A DNA stretch of 54,077 nucleotides from the IMG/VR virus record IMGVR_UViG_3300046095_000185, positions 1-54,077 of that record; one strand, 5' to 3'. Shown piece after piece: positions 18,468 through 27,315 of the stretch. The stretch comes from a virus (Duplodnaviria > Caudoviricetes). The position numbers were made by a program, and so were the translations under genes. Position 1 is the stretch's first letter. Every line of letters begins with the position of its first letter. The notes under the pieces were generated by a model that saw only the letters and a list, made by a program, of their open reading frames with translations, did not search any database and had not been told where the DNA came from.

Positions 18468-19672
18468 CGGAACTGTGCATTAAAAATATCTCCAAATTCA
18501 ATATTCAGCGTCAGGTTGGTAAGATCGTCGTTAATTGTTTTTTTGAATTCATAATCACTACTCGTAACGACAATGGGTATAAAATAATCGCCCATCTGCA
18601 TGTAGATCATTGGCGATAATACCAGATCACCCAGCCACACGTATTCAGCATCAGTGAGTATATCAGTATTCAGCACCATCTTCTCCTTATACTGACTGGC
18701 GTATATGCTTCTGGTTTCGTTGTAAACCTTATTTGAATTATGGTAGGAAATGTTACCGCTTGAATCCATCGTATAAGGCAACTTTCCAAATTCACTTTTC
18801 TCGATATTGATAGTCTTCCTGCTGACCTTCGTGAAGTCCCTACTTTCGAAACCACCAAACCGGTTAAGGAAATGAAGGGTGAACACTTCAAACTTCGGCT
18901 CACATACCAGATTGAACCGGTAAATGCTATCGTCTGTTATGTTGGTGGTGCTGAACTCAACTGTGTAGTACGTAATGAATGAGGATATGAAACCAGGGGA
19001 AGCGGCGTTGATGGCTGCCGGTGATACATTGAACAGCTGCTGCTCATTGAAACTGGCGGCTGTTGGAGTGAATGGCTGTGTGGTAGTTGCAACCAGACCG
19101 CCGCCGTTATAACTTTTGATAACCAGATTAATTGTAGTGTCATCGGTGGCAAGAAAAGGAATGAAGCTAAATGTGGCCGATCGATAAACGGAAGTGGTAG
19201 CCGGTCTTACCGACATTACCTTATCGAGATAATTAATTAAGGAGGTATTTTGCCCAAGTAGTCTTCCGTTATAGTGGTTGAAATAAGTTCTTTGCGCATC
19301 AGTGAGGACATTGGTATACGTTGTGAAGCCGTATTCCTCGCCGAACTGCATCTGTGCCGTAATATAAAATTCGATATTCCCCAGCTTCTGCGCTCTCAGT
19401 TGAGAGGCAGCCGGGTTAAATTGGGTGTTCGATAAATAATTTCTTACAATACTGCCGACATTAAATATCCCAACTTTACTGTCCGGATGCGGTACGGCCT
19501 TTAGCCGGGCGACCAATGTAACGCCGCCCAAGATCATATATACATCGCATACATATTTATAGTCAGGGTATGTAACGGGGTCGCTCGCCTTTACCGAATC
19601 GAGAACCGTAAAGATTATATCCCCGTGCGCACTATAGTAGGTGCCTGGATTGTAAGCCAGTGTCATTGCCAT
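18464..19672 (-). CDS. Tail component (distal tail-like)
   Basis: FLNRFGGFE, LNTD.L...E..WL.DL..SP motif; lies upstream of the hub gene. Confidence 0.6.
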   Translation of the reverse strand: MAMTLAYNPGTYYSAHGDIIFTVLDSVKASDPVTYPDYKYVCDVYMILGGVTLVARLKAVPHPDSKVGIFNVGSIVRNYLSNTQFNPAASQLRAQKLGNIEFYITAQMQFGEEYGFTTYTNVLTDAQRTYFNHYNGRLLGQNTSLINYLDKVMSVRPATTSVYRSATFSFIPFLATDDTTINLVIKSYNGGGLVATTTQPFTPTAASFNEQQLFNVSPAAINAASPGFISSFITYYTVEFSTTNITDDSIYRFNLVCEPKFEVFTLHFLNRFGGFESRDFTKVSRKTINIEKSEFGKLPYTMDSSGNISYHNSNKVYNETRSIYASQYKEKMVLNTDILTDAEYVWLGDLVLSPMIYMQMGDYFIPIVVTSSDYEFKKTINDDLTNLTLNIEFGDIFNAQFR

Positions 19673-19677
19673 GCCAA

Positions 19678-19703
19678 TAAATAGAAAAAGGCATGGTTTG
19701 TTT
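19678..19703 (-). promoter_or_regulatory. Putative late promoter AAACAA-N14-TATTTA
   Basis: Exact motif, 5 nt upstream of ATG 19672. Confidence 0.7.
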
Positions 19704-19708
19704 TTGAC

Positions 19709-20326
19709 CTATTTATCGGTTATCCCATCGATCACATCGATCTTTAGTGCGGCGCCCAGGCGGTCGATGACTTTGCTTTTTGTCGTTGCTACGGCCTTAT
19801 CGAGGAAGCCGGTAGGCTTTAAGCCGTACATCTTAATAGCCCTTGCGGTTGCGTAGGTGCTGTCGTACTGCGCTATTGACTTGCGCTTTACTTCATGTTT
19901 GCCGTACCCTTTATATTTCTTTACGGTCCGGGTAGTCCTCTTTGCTCGCTTGATCCATTTATTAATAGCGTTATACATTTTATCGGACACGATCTCGTTC
20001 TTGAAGCTGTAGCCTGCCGTGCTGCGGCCGCTTCTCGTGCCCTTCACGCCTTTGTTATGGAAGGCCCCGTAGAAGTTCATCAGCACATCAATGCGAACCG
20101 TACTTCCGTTCTGAGTGGGTTCGTCGGCAATAAGCGATTCGGATAGCTTGCCGGTATTGGTAATATTTGCCCGATTCAAATTGTCCTGGCAATCTTCAAT
20201 GAGTTCGCCAGCCAATAGAAAAAGTTCGGTCAGGGTGTTGCGGGGAGCGAATCCTTCCTTGCTCGATCCGATGGTATCGAGGAATCCTTCGGCGAGGGCC
20301 TTTGCTTGGGACTTGGAGATTGACAT
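19709..20326 (-). CDS. Virion morphogenesis protein (HK97 gp10-like neck/tail completion)
   Basis: TGKLSESL, YGAF.NKGVKG, ARAIK..GLKPT.F; basic. Confidence 0.6.
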   Translation of the reverse strand: MSISKSQAKALAEGFLDTIGSSKEGFAPRNTLTELFLLAGELIEDCQDNLNRANITNTGKLSESLIADEPTQNGSTVRIDVLMNFYGAFHNKGVKGTRSGRSTAGYSFKNEIVSDKMYNAINKWIKRAKRTTRTVKKYKGYGKHEVKRKSIAQYDSTYATARAIKMYGLKPTGFLDKAVATTKSKVIDRLGAALKIDVIDGITDK

Positions 20327-20340
20327 AATTTAAAGTTACC

Positions 20341-20367
20341 AAAAAAGGGACGCACTTGCATCCCTTT
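20341..20367 (-). terminator. Intrinsic terminator after terL/HNH
   Basis: AAAGGGA...TCCCTTT stem ending in a T run on the minus strand. Confidence 0.6.
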
Positions 20368-20508
20368 AATTTAGCTGTCTGAAGTTCAGTTGCCTGTCAT
20401 TGCCCCCAATGATTTCGAATATTCGATCCTTGGAGGTATATGTAAGCAACCCATTGACTGAAACAGCCATGGTAGAACTTAACATAGGTGGGCAAGATAC
20501 GACCGGTT

Positions 20509-20997
20509 TTAATAATGCGCAAATTCCCCATGTAGTTTACTGGCTGCCGCTTTGTATGCCTCGTGGGCAAGTTCGGCGGTTTCATATGAGCCTAAATTTT
20601 TAGTTTTGCCATTCATTCTTATTGATGGCATCCACTTCCCTGTCTTTTTTCTATACGATACACCCTTATAGCCGCTTGTGTTATTTTTCTTTATCGGAAC
20701 ATTGTAATGATTCTGTGGCCTCGTTGCAAGTCGAAGGTTGTCAATATTGTTATTGTCTTTAATATTATCCCGGTGATCAATAAAGAACCCCTCTGGAATA
20801 TCTCCATTGTGCAACATCCATATTACCCTATGCTCTAAATAGTACTTCATGTCGATTCTCACATTCCGATATCCACCATGATGCAATGACCCAGCACGAG
20901 AACCGGCTTTTGTTTGATTTTTAACTTTGGGATTCTTCCAAAATATCATACCGTCCCGGTATTCAAATATTTCATTCAAATATTCTTTAGTGACCAT
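20509..20997 (-). CDS. HNH-AP2 homing endonuclease
   Basis: HRVIW...IDHRD..K.NN...NLR; NTSGYKGV...W...I...LGSY..AE.A..AY. Confidence 0.9.
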   Translation of the reverse strand: MVTKEYLNEIFEYRDGMIFWKNPKVKNQTKAGSRAGSLHHGGYRNVRIDMKYYLEHRVIWMLHNGDIPEGFFIDHRDNIKDNNNIDNLRLATRPQNHYNVPIKKNNTSGYKGVSYRKKTGKWMPSIRMNGKTKNLGSYETAELAHEAYKAAASKLHGEFAHY

Positions 20998-21024
20998 AAT
21001 GTAACATACATTTTTATAACGTTA

Positions 21025-22233
21025 TTACCAAACCGAAATGTTACCAGACGTTGCGGCATTTCTATGTATTCGTACAGCCAGCGCTAATGAACATACGCAA
21101 TCATCATGAAGCCCGTAAGGGGCTGTGTATTTTACACCATGTGCAGAATATTCGTACTCAAAAGAATCGAGCTCATCTTTCATTACACCTTCAAGAACGG
21201 TCACCTCTCTATTCTGAATAGCATATGCAAGACCTTCTATTAATTGTTGTTTGCTTCGTTGCGTAAAAACAAACATTTCGGTTTCTCGAACCCGCGCAAT
21301 GCTTTCCGCTATAGGATCACCCGCTCCGGTTGAATCAATGCAAAGGGGGCCAGGCGGCAAAGAGAGAATTGTTTTAGTTATAGATTCCCAGTCCCTTTGA
21401 AATCTATCAAAATAGGATACGCGCCCAAATTTATCGAGGCCGGTTATTACGGTCCAGTCACCGGTTACCGGGTTCTTTCCTTTTGCTAAATCAATTCCGA
21501 AGCAAACAGATGGCTCCGCGCTCATGCCGTACACCGCACGGCTTATATGCGTTATTCCTATTGGATTTGATCCGTCCTCACTAGCCTCCGCTAAGTAGAG
21601 CTCTTTAAATACCGCCTCCGGCAAATCCCTTTTTGCTTCTTCAATTTCTTCCAGCTTAAGTATCCCCGCCTTAACAGCATCGTAAGCTGTGATCTTCTTA
21701 TAAAAATAGTTTGATTCACCGGCCTTTGCCCGCATCGCCATCTTGTAAAAGAAATTCTTGCGGCCCCTGACGTTACCGATCAGTTTGCACTTTCCGTTAG
21801 TGGCAGTCAGCGTAGACCGAATGGCAATCCATGACGCCTCTCGCATACGACTAGCCTCATCAAGCACTGCCGCATAGCAATCATTTCCGTATAGACTATC
21901 AGGGGTATCGCCGCTTTTAAATTCAATTATAGATCCATGTGCGAGCGTAAGCGTGAGCCGGGTTTCGTTTACCTTGAAAAACTCCCTATCGCTTATCTGC
22001 GCCCGCATTCTATCAAATGCAATTTTGGATTGCATATATATTGGAGCTACCCAAAAAACAGATTTATTTGGCCCGCACTTTAACGCTTGCTCTAAAAGCC
22101 AAACGATCATGCAGGCCGTTTTGCCCGCCTTCGTACTTGCTTCTATGCACGCAAAGCGTTGCTCACAGTCCATGATCTCGACTTGGTAGTCGGTCATTTT
22201 AGGGCGGGTATAGTTTATTTTAACCGCCATCAC
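21025..22233 (-). CDS. terL: Terminase large subunit
   Basis: Walker A ASTKAGKT, Walker B AVLDEA, nuclease motifs GIDLA and HDDCVCSLALA. Confidence 0.92.
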   Translation of the reverse strand: MMAVKINYTRPKMTDYQVEIMDCEQRFACIEASTKAGKTACMIVWLLEQALKCGPNKSVFWVAPIYMQSKIAFDRMRAQISDREFFKVNETRLTLTLAHGSIIEFKSGDTPDSLYGNDCYAAVLDEASRMREASWIAIRSTLTATNGKCKLIGNVRGRKNFFYKMAMRAKAGESNYFYKKITAYDAVKAGILKLEEIEEAKRDLPEAVFKELYLAEASEDGSNPIGITHISRAVYGMSAEPSVCFGIDLAKGKNPVTGDWTVITGLDKFGRVSYFDRFQRDWESITKTILSLPPGPLCIDSTGAGDPIAESIARVRETEMFVFTQRSKQQLIEGLAYAIQNREVTVLEGVMKDELDSFEYEYSAHGVKYTAPYGLHDDCVCSLALAVRIHRNAATSGNISVW

Positions 22234-22799
22234 CCAATCTTTTTAACCGGGTTCCCAACATACACCCCCGGCTCTGTTATATCTTTAACCACTACTCCGC
22301 CTGCGCCAATGGTCACATCCGAGCAGATGGTTATCTTATCCCGTATAACCGCATTGCTGCCGATGTAGCACATATCACCGATGATCACATTGCCCGAGAT
22401 GTTAGCGCCGGGAGAGATCGTTACAAAGTCACCTATAATGCAATCGTGCCCGATGGTACAGTTGAGGTTGATCAGGCAGTGAACACCGAGCCTGACATTA
22501 ACGGTCAGTATTGAGCCGGGGCAGATGATGGCGCCTGCGCCGATGCTGTTATTGTGACTATAGCACATGCCTACATCGAACTGGCAAAAGTAAATGTGTT
22601 TGAATTGTTCGGCAACCTTTTGCCTTATCGATACATCGCCTATAGCAATAACAGCCCCGATTCCCGGAATAATTCCTTTGCACTCGTTTTCATACATCCT
22701 GTAAGGTACGCGGGCGTTATCAGCGTATGCGGCCACTTCGCGAGCGAACCCGCCTTTGCCAATGATCTGTAGTTTTATAGCTTGAAACTCTATTGCCAT
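22230..22799 (-). CDS. NeuD/PglD-family sugar N/O-acetyltransferase
   Basis: IIG.GGFAREV, IAIGD, hexapeptide left-handed beta-helix repeats, IGHD, VYVGNP; start placed at 22799. Confidence 0.88.
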   Translation of the reverse strand: MAIEFQAIKLQIIGKGGFAREVAAYADNARVPYRMYENECKGIIPGIGAVIAIGDVSIRQKVAEQFKHIYFCQFDVGMCYSHNNSIGAGAIICPGSILTVNVRLGVHCLINLNCTIGHDCIIGDFVTISPGANISGNVIIGDMCYIGSNAVIRDKITICSDVTIGAGGVVVKDITEPGVYVGNPVKKIG

Positions 22800-23497
22800 A
22801 GTTTGAATTTTGAAAGATCCGGGTACGGCAAACACAGGTCATCGTTATGCCTCGGCGTTCCATCCTGGTTGTAGAACTGTATCATCATTTGCAATCCACG
22901 GGCGGCTATCTCCGGCATTAAATACATGTTCCAGCCGACCACGGGATTGTCGTCAAAGTTATCATCATGGTACGAGCATTCCGAACGTCCGCTGAACCGG
23001 GCTTTCTTAAACCACTTGTACGCCTGTTCGTCGTCCGTAAGGATCGCGCCCCCTTTGCCCAGTTTCAAATGTTTGTAAGGGCCAGTGAATGAAATGCACA
23101 TGTGCGTAGCTGGCTGATACATGTTGCAAGTAAACCGCAAGGCCGAATCCAAAACTTTTGTAGGGCTTAATTGATAGGAGCCTGTTATTGTTCCTTTAGG
23201 ATTATCTATGCCCTGAAGTGCATTATAGAAATCATTATCCATAAACCCAACTATGCCGCCTGCATGTATTATTTCACATGCAACGGAAGGGTATGTATGT
23301 TTAGGAATTATAATCTCTGGCTTACAGACTAACCCCTCTGTGGTATCGTGCTTATGATAATCCTGTACCTGCAATTCATAATACAACGCCAGGAACAACG
23401 CATTGCTGCAGTTGTCAACACAGACGCAATAAGCGCTACCGGTATATTCGCATAGTGCTTTTTCGAACTCAGCGGTTATCGTGTGTGGGTTCATCAT
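22790..23497 (-). CDS. Short DegT/DnrJ/EryC1/StrS PLP-dependent sugar aminotransferase
   Basis: FEKAL..Y.G....VDNCSNAL.LAL, P..TY.SV, DSA, SF...K.L..G.GGAILTDD, GWN. Confidence 0.85.
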   Translation of the reverse strand: MMNPHTITAEFEKALCEYTGSAYCVCVDNCSNALFLALYYELQVQDYHKHDTTEGLVCKPEIIIPKHTYPSVACEIIHAGGIVGFMDNDFYNALQGIDNPKGTITGSYQLSPTKVLDSALRFTCNMYQPATHMCISFTGPYKHLKLGKGGAILTDDEQAYKWFKKARFSGRSECSYHDDNFDDNPVVGWNMYLMPEIAARGLQMMIQFYNQDGTPRHNDDLCLPYPDLSKFKLWQ

Positions 23498-23527
23498 TGG
23501 GCTTTACAGGATAATGTTGTGCTATTC

Positions 23528-24184
23528 TCATTTGAGTTCTTTTAAAATGTCTTGCGACGTAAGGCCATTGAAGTGAAGGATGGCCGGTATCCTATTCGTG
23601 ATCTTGTTCTTTAACACAGAGCCGGGAATATCTTTATCCATACAAACGACTACGCAAAACTCACTCGGATCAGCAAACGCCATCGTCTGGAATATCTCAC
23701 ACTTGGTATCCAGCTTAATCGGAAAGCCATCTTTCTCCGCTGCCAGGTAAGCTATCATCTGCTCATGCTGACCATTCGCATCGTTCGGCAACTTATCCAA
23801 TCCGTACCGCTCAAAGAACTCGATGATCAGTTTTAGCGGGCCGCCATAGCCGCCACCGTTTAAATACTTCCACTTTGATTTGGTCGGCTTGTACTGTTTA
23901 GCTAACTCTGTTTGAGGATAACAGGCTTTTTCTGTGCTGTACAGGATGTGATCAGTCGGTACATCGAACCGGCGTTGACAGAATGTATCGGCCCCATCCG
24001 TGTAAGCAAATAGTTCATGGCCGGTCACTGCTCGTTTATAACAGGCCAGCATATCACGCAGTACCTGGCCGTTGCCAGTGAAAGGGGCGCTATTGATGGC
24101 AAGCTCGTACCCATGGCGCTCGAATGAATCTACAGTTTGTTTGGTCCGTTCGTTGGGGGAATAGATGTTGGTGATGATGATCAT
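23528..24184 (-). CDS. Glycosyltransferase resembling the PLOD/LH3 (procollagen glycosyltransferase) GT domain
   Basis: YTDGADT, ILYSTEKACYP, KYLNGGGYGG, IKLD..C.IFQTM and P.ILHFNG match the PLOD GT motif series. Confidence 0.75.
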   Translation of the reverse strand: MIIITNIYSPNERTKQTVDSFERHGYELAINSAPFTGNGQVLRDMLACYKRAVTGHELFAYTDGADTFCQRRFDVPTDHILYSTEKACYPQTELAKQYKPTKSKWKYLNGGGYGGPLKLIIEFFERYGLDKLPNDANGQHEQMIAYLAAEKDGFPIKLDTKCEIFQTMAFADPSEFCVVVCMDKDIPGSVLKNKITNRIPAILHFNGLTSQDILKELK

Positions 24185-25038
24185 TGAAAATTTTTTATAT
24201 CCGAGTGCTTATACTGCCAAATAAAACCAAATGCTGATCCTCTCTTTCCACGGCATACGGCACTTACCAGCGTACCGTCTCTGGTTTTTTTGCCCATAGA
24301 ATGCATTGCATTTTTAATCGAATCCCATTCGCGAATAAATTCACCGTTTTTGGTAAATTGAATAATTGGCGCAAAGTTTCTATTCCTTATTGTTTCGAAC
24401 GGTTCTCCTTTAAATCTCCAGGCAAAACCTCCAGCCGTTTTGCACTCTGGCCTCCTGACACATATGCTTGAAATGTTACTAATCTCCAAACCAGTTCTTC
24501 TAGCTGCTTCAGAAATAGATGGATATTCAGCAATCACCTGTCCAGTTAATGAATATTGAACAACGGCTTTTTGCTTAGCCTTTAATAGCTTATCCATTAA
24601 TTCCTTTGGCCTCTTTCTCCCATACATAGGATTGTCTTTCCCGTGTAATCCTTTGCCGTAGTTTGGATTCTTGTCTCCTGATATACGGCCAACTGCCTTT
24701 GCTTTCATTATCTTGCGGGCTTCGTCCGTATGCTTATAACCCTTGCTCCCTTCACCCCCTTCGGTAAGATTCAATAATTCAACGCCGCAATCATGGTATT
24801 GCCTAATATAAAGCCTTTCATAATCGTTCATTACAGACTGTAATACATCGGCAGGCAATGTATGAATCATTTCGAAACTGTGGTTACCTACGCCATGCTT
24901 CTTTAATGAATTATACAACTTGCCACCAATCGATACCCTGTCCATACGCTTATAAGTCCCGAATCTTGCGCGACTGTCGAACGTCTGCCCGATATAGACC
25001 TTACCGGTTGGACTTGTTATTTTGTATATGCCTATCAT
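24181..25038 (-). CDS. GIY-YIG homing endonuclease with NUMOD3/NUMOD1 repeats
   Basis: GIYKITSP.GKVYIGQT, LNLTEGGEG, two NUMOD1-like VVQY/IIQF units; start placed at ATG 25038. Confidence 0.9.
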   Translation of the reverse strand: MIGIYKITSPTGKVYIGQTFDSRARFGTYKRMDRVSIGGKLYNSLKKHGVGNHSFEMIHTLPADVLQSVMNDYERLYIRQYHDCGVELLNLTEGGEGSKGYKHTDEARKIMKAKAVGRISGDKNPNYGKGLHGKDNPMYGRKRPKELMDKLLKAKQKAVVQYSLTGQVIAEYPSISEAARRTGLEISNISSICVRRPECKTAGGFAWRFKGEPFETIRNRNFAPIIQFTKNGEFIREWDSIKNAMHSMGKKTRDGTLVSAVCRGKRGSAFGFIWQYKHSDIKNFQ

Positions 25039-25844
25039 TCGAATGGGTGCCAATGAGGTTGTTTAAAATCGTACATATCTCTAACGTATTGGATCACCTG
25101 TTGAGTATGTTCTCCGCTATGCTTTTCTTTCCAGCTTTGATACGGCGTGTCACCTGGATCGATATGATCAATGTTTATATGCGGAAGGAAGCATGAGTAA
25201 AATCCGGCTATATGGCATTTATGCGAATAGATAACATCGTCATAGCCGTATTTCCCAAATTGGAATAGACCGCCGCATTTGTCCAGCAACGCCGCACTAT
25301 GCATCACACAGCTTCCTATCGTATGCTTTACCTTCTCGACCACCTGCCATGGTTCACCGGGGGTATGCGGTAGCATATGCAGTTCACTTTTCCAGTCGGC
25401 TTCCGGATGGCCCGGCCACTCCCAACAGTCCTTACGCTTCAGTCCTACCTGACCGATGTTCGGATCTCGCCTTATCGCTTCTTCCATTTCATCTACCCAG
25501 CCGGCAGAGTTGATGATAATATCGTTGTCCATCTTAATGCAGTGCTCCCCGGGCCGTCGCAGCTTCCAGGCCTGGTTAATCGCCCTCGCCGTCCCGACAT
25601 TCTCGGGCATATCAATGATGCTGATGTTCGGATGCATGCCAGTTGCGTATTCGGTATCGATGATATAATTGAGTAACCATTTATAAACTTCTCGTGTGGC
25701 CTTGCAACTATTATTATCAACTACGATCAGCCTATGTTTAACCAGGTCAACGGTATCGATAATACATTCCAGAGTTTGCCGGGTCAGTTCGGTTCGTAAA
25801 TTTTCGTCGGTATCGAATACTGCGACGGCAATCATTGCGCACAT
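25035..25844 (-). CDS. Family-2-type (GT-A) glycosyltransferase
   Basis: LIVVDNNS, NVG.ARAINQ, KMDND (DxD), GYDD. Confidence 0.85.
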   Translation of the reverse strand: MCAMIAVAVFDTDENLRTELTRQTLECIIDTVDLVKHRLIVVDNNSCKATREVYKWLLNYIIDTEYATGMHPNISIIDMPENVGTARAINQAWKLRRPGEHCIKMDNDIIINSAGWVDEMEEAIRRDPNIGQVGLKRKDCWEWPGHPEADWKSELHMLPHTPGEPWQVVEKVKHTIGSCVMHSAALLDKCGGLFQFGKYGYDDVIYSHKCHIAGFYSCFLPHINIDHIDPGDTPYQSWKEKHSGEHTQQVIQYVRDMYDFKQPHWHPFE

Positions 25845-25845
25845 A

Positions 25846-26121
25846 TTATTCGCTGTTTTTATTTGATGGAAAATTAGCTTGTACTGTCACCGACTGCTGC
25901 GCTAACCATTCATCATAATGGCGATAGAGCTTTACAAGCATCTCGACAAGGCACGGGGGGCACCAGAGATCAGCGGAATATCCCGGTTGAAACTCTTCCC
26001 TCATGACCCGCTGCATCCCTTCACGCTCATTCGCATTCAACCCCCTTACGTAAAAAGCCTTTACGTAAGTGTCGTAATGATGTCTATTATCATCGAGGAA
26101 CTTTTTGTTTTCTGGCTTCAT
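25846..26121 (-). CDS. Hypothetical protein with CxxC motif
   Basis: Tightly packed ORF; WCPPC. Confidence 0.7.
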   Translation of the reverse strand: MKPENKKFLDDNRHHYDTYVKAFYVRGLNANEREGMQRVMREEFQPGYSADLWCPPCLVEMLVKLYRHYDEWLAQQSVTVQANFPSNKNSE

Positions 26122-26336
26122 CTGAATAACCTATTTATTCTATAGACCAATGTCTGCCAGGATGATCTATATGTAACCTTCCAATTCGCCACCAACTCAA
26201 CCTCGTTAGCTGGTAACCCCATCCCTATTGAATAGCCGTTCATAAAATCCCTCCACGCAAAGCCGGTTGACCCGTTATGGTTAAGCTGCCAAATGTTTGT
26301 TGGTTTAAACCAAATCCTTTTTACTTTCATACTCAA
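26118..26336 (-). CDS. Hypothetical protein
   Basis: Fills the gap, overlapping neighbours on both sides. Confidence 0.55.
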   Translation of the reverse strand: MSMKVKRIWFKPTNIWQLNHNGSTGFAWRDFMNGYSIGMGLPANEVELVANWKVTYRSSWQTLVYRINRLFR

Positions 26337-27312
26337 ATATTTGCTTCCTCATGTTATTAATCTTGTTGAAATTGTAGTGCTCGGCACAGTACTCCGCCAA
26401 CTGCTGCCCCGCTTCTTTCTGTCGCTTCCTGCTTTCCGCCAGACGCTTAATGTATTTTACCCAGTCGCCGGCATGCTTTGCATACAACACAGGCATATCG
26501 AGGTAAGGATGAACCTCAGAACAGATCACCGGCACCCCCAGGTTGGCCGCTTCCAGTATTTTGAGTGGCGATTTACATCTATTGAACTTGGAATTGATCA
26601 ACGGCACAAGGCAGATGTCGGCATGCGCATATGCCGCGTAATACTCCGTAACCTTCGTAGCGCCAATCAGCTTATATTGATGTTTCAGGTTCGCCGTGTA
26701 GTCATGGGCCATCTCGTGCCACTCTGCATTATCTTCAGCGTATCCCGCCATAATCATTTTGATCTTACCGGCTATCGGCCCCAGTTTATCGAGCGGTGTT
26801 TTCAATAGGGCAATATCAGCCTTGTGTGTATCGCTTCCTTGCCAGAACAACCGGGTGAGATAATAAGGCTCTCGCTCAATATCGAACTGTCCAGCCTTTG
26901 GTATCGCGTTGGGGCATACGTGAACGTTCGGGTTATGTACGGCTACTTCTTCGGCAAGGCGGGAATGGGTGACCAGGATAACGTCGGCATCTTTGATCTG
27001 CTGTATTTGTTTACCCGCAAACCCGATAGCCTGGTAGTGCTGATATAATACGTGATGCTCGTCGAGCTGCCAAAAATCGTCGAGATCAACACATATCTTG
27101 AAGTCGTATTTATTCCGTAACTCCTTAATAATGGGCAAGGCATGATCAGGCAGGATGCGGTTGTACATGAACAGATCGCAACCCTTTTCGAAATCCTCGA
27201 CCGTCAGGTTGTTGGTGACATAAACATCAATGTCCTTCATTAACATGAGTGGCATGATGATGCGGTGATATGATGGCCCGCTGTTGCCGTTGACATAAGC
27301 GATTATGCGCAT
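26305..27312 (-). CDS. GT-B (family-4-like) glycosyltransferase
   Basis: YHRI..P, DLDD.W, V.PNAI, WQGS.TH..D, DI.L.PL...FN..KS.LKILEA...G.PVI.S.V.PY. Confidence 0.85.
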   Translation of the reverse strand: MRIIAYVNGNSGPSYHRIIMPLMLMKDIDVYVTNNLTVEDFEKGCDLFMYNRILPDHALPIIKELRNKYDFKICVDLDDFWQLDEHHVLYQHYQAIGFAGKQIQQIKDADVILVTHSRLAEEVAVHNPNVHVCPNAIPKAGQFDIEREPYYLTRLFWQGSDTHKADIALLKTPLDKLGPIAGKIKMIMAGYAEDNAEWHEMAHDYTANLKHQYKLIGATKVTEYYAAYAHADICLVPLINSKFNRCKSPLKILEAANLGVPVICSEVHPYLDMPVLYAKHAGDWVKYIKRLAESRKRQKEAGQQLAEYCAEHYNFNKINNMRKQIFEYESKKDLV

Positions 27313-27315
27313 AGG

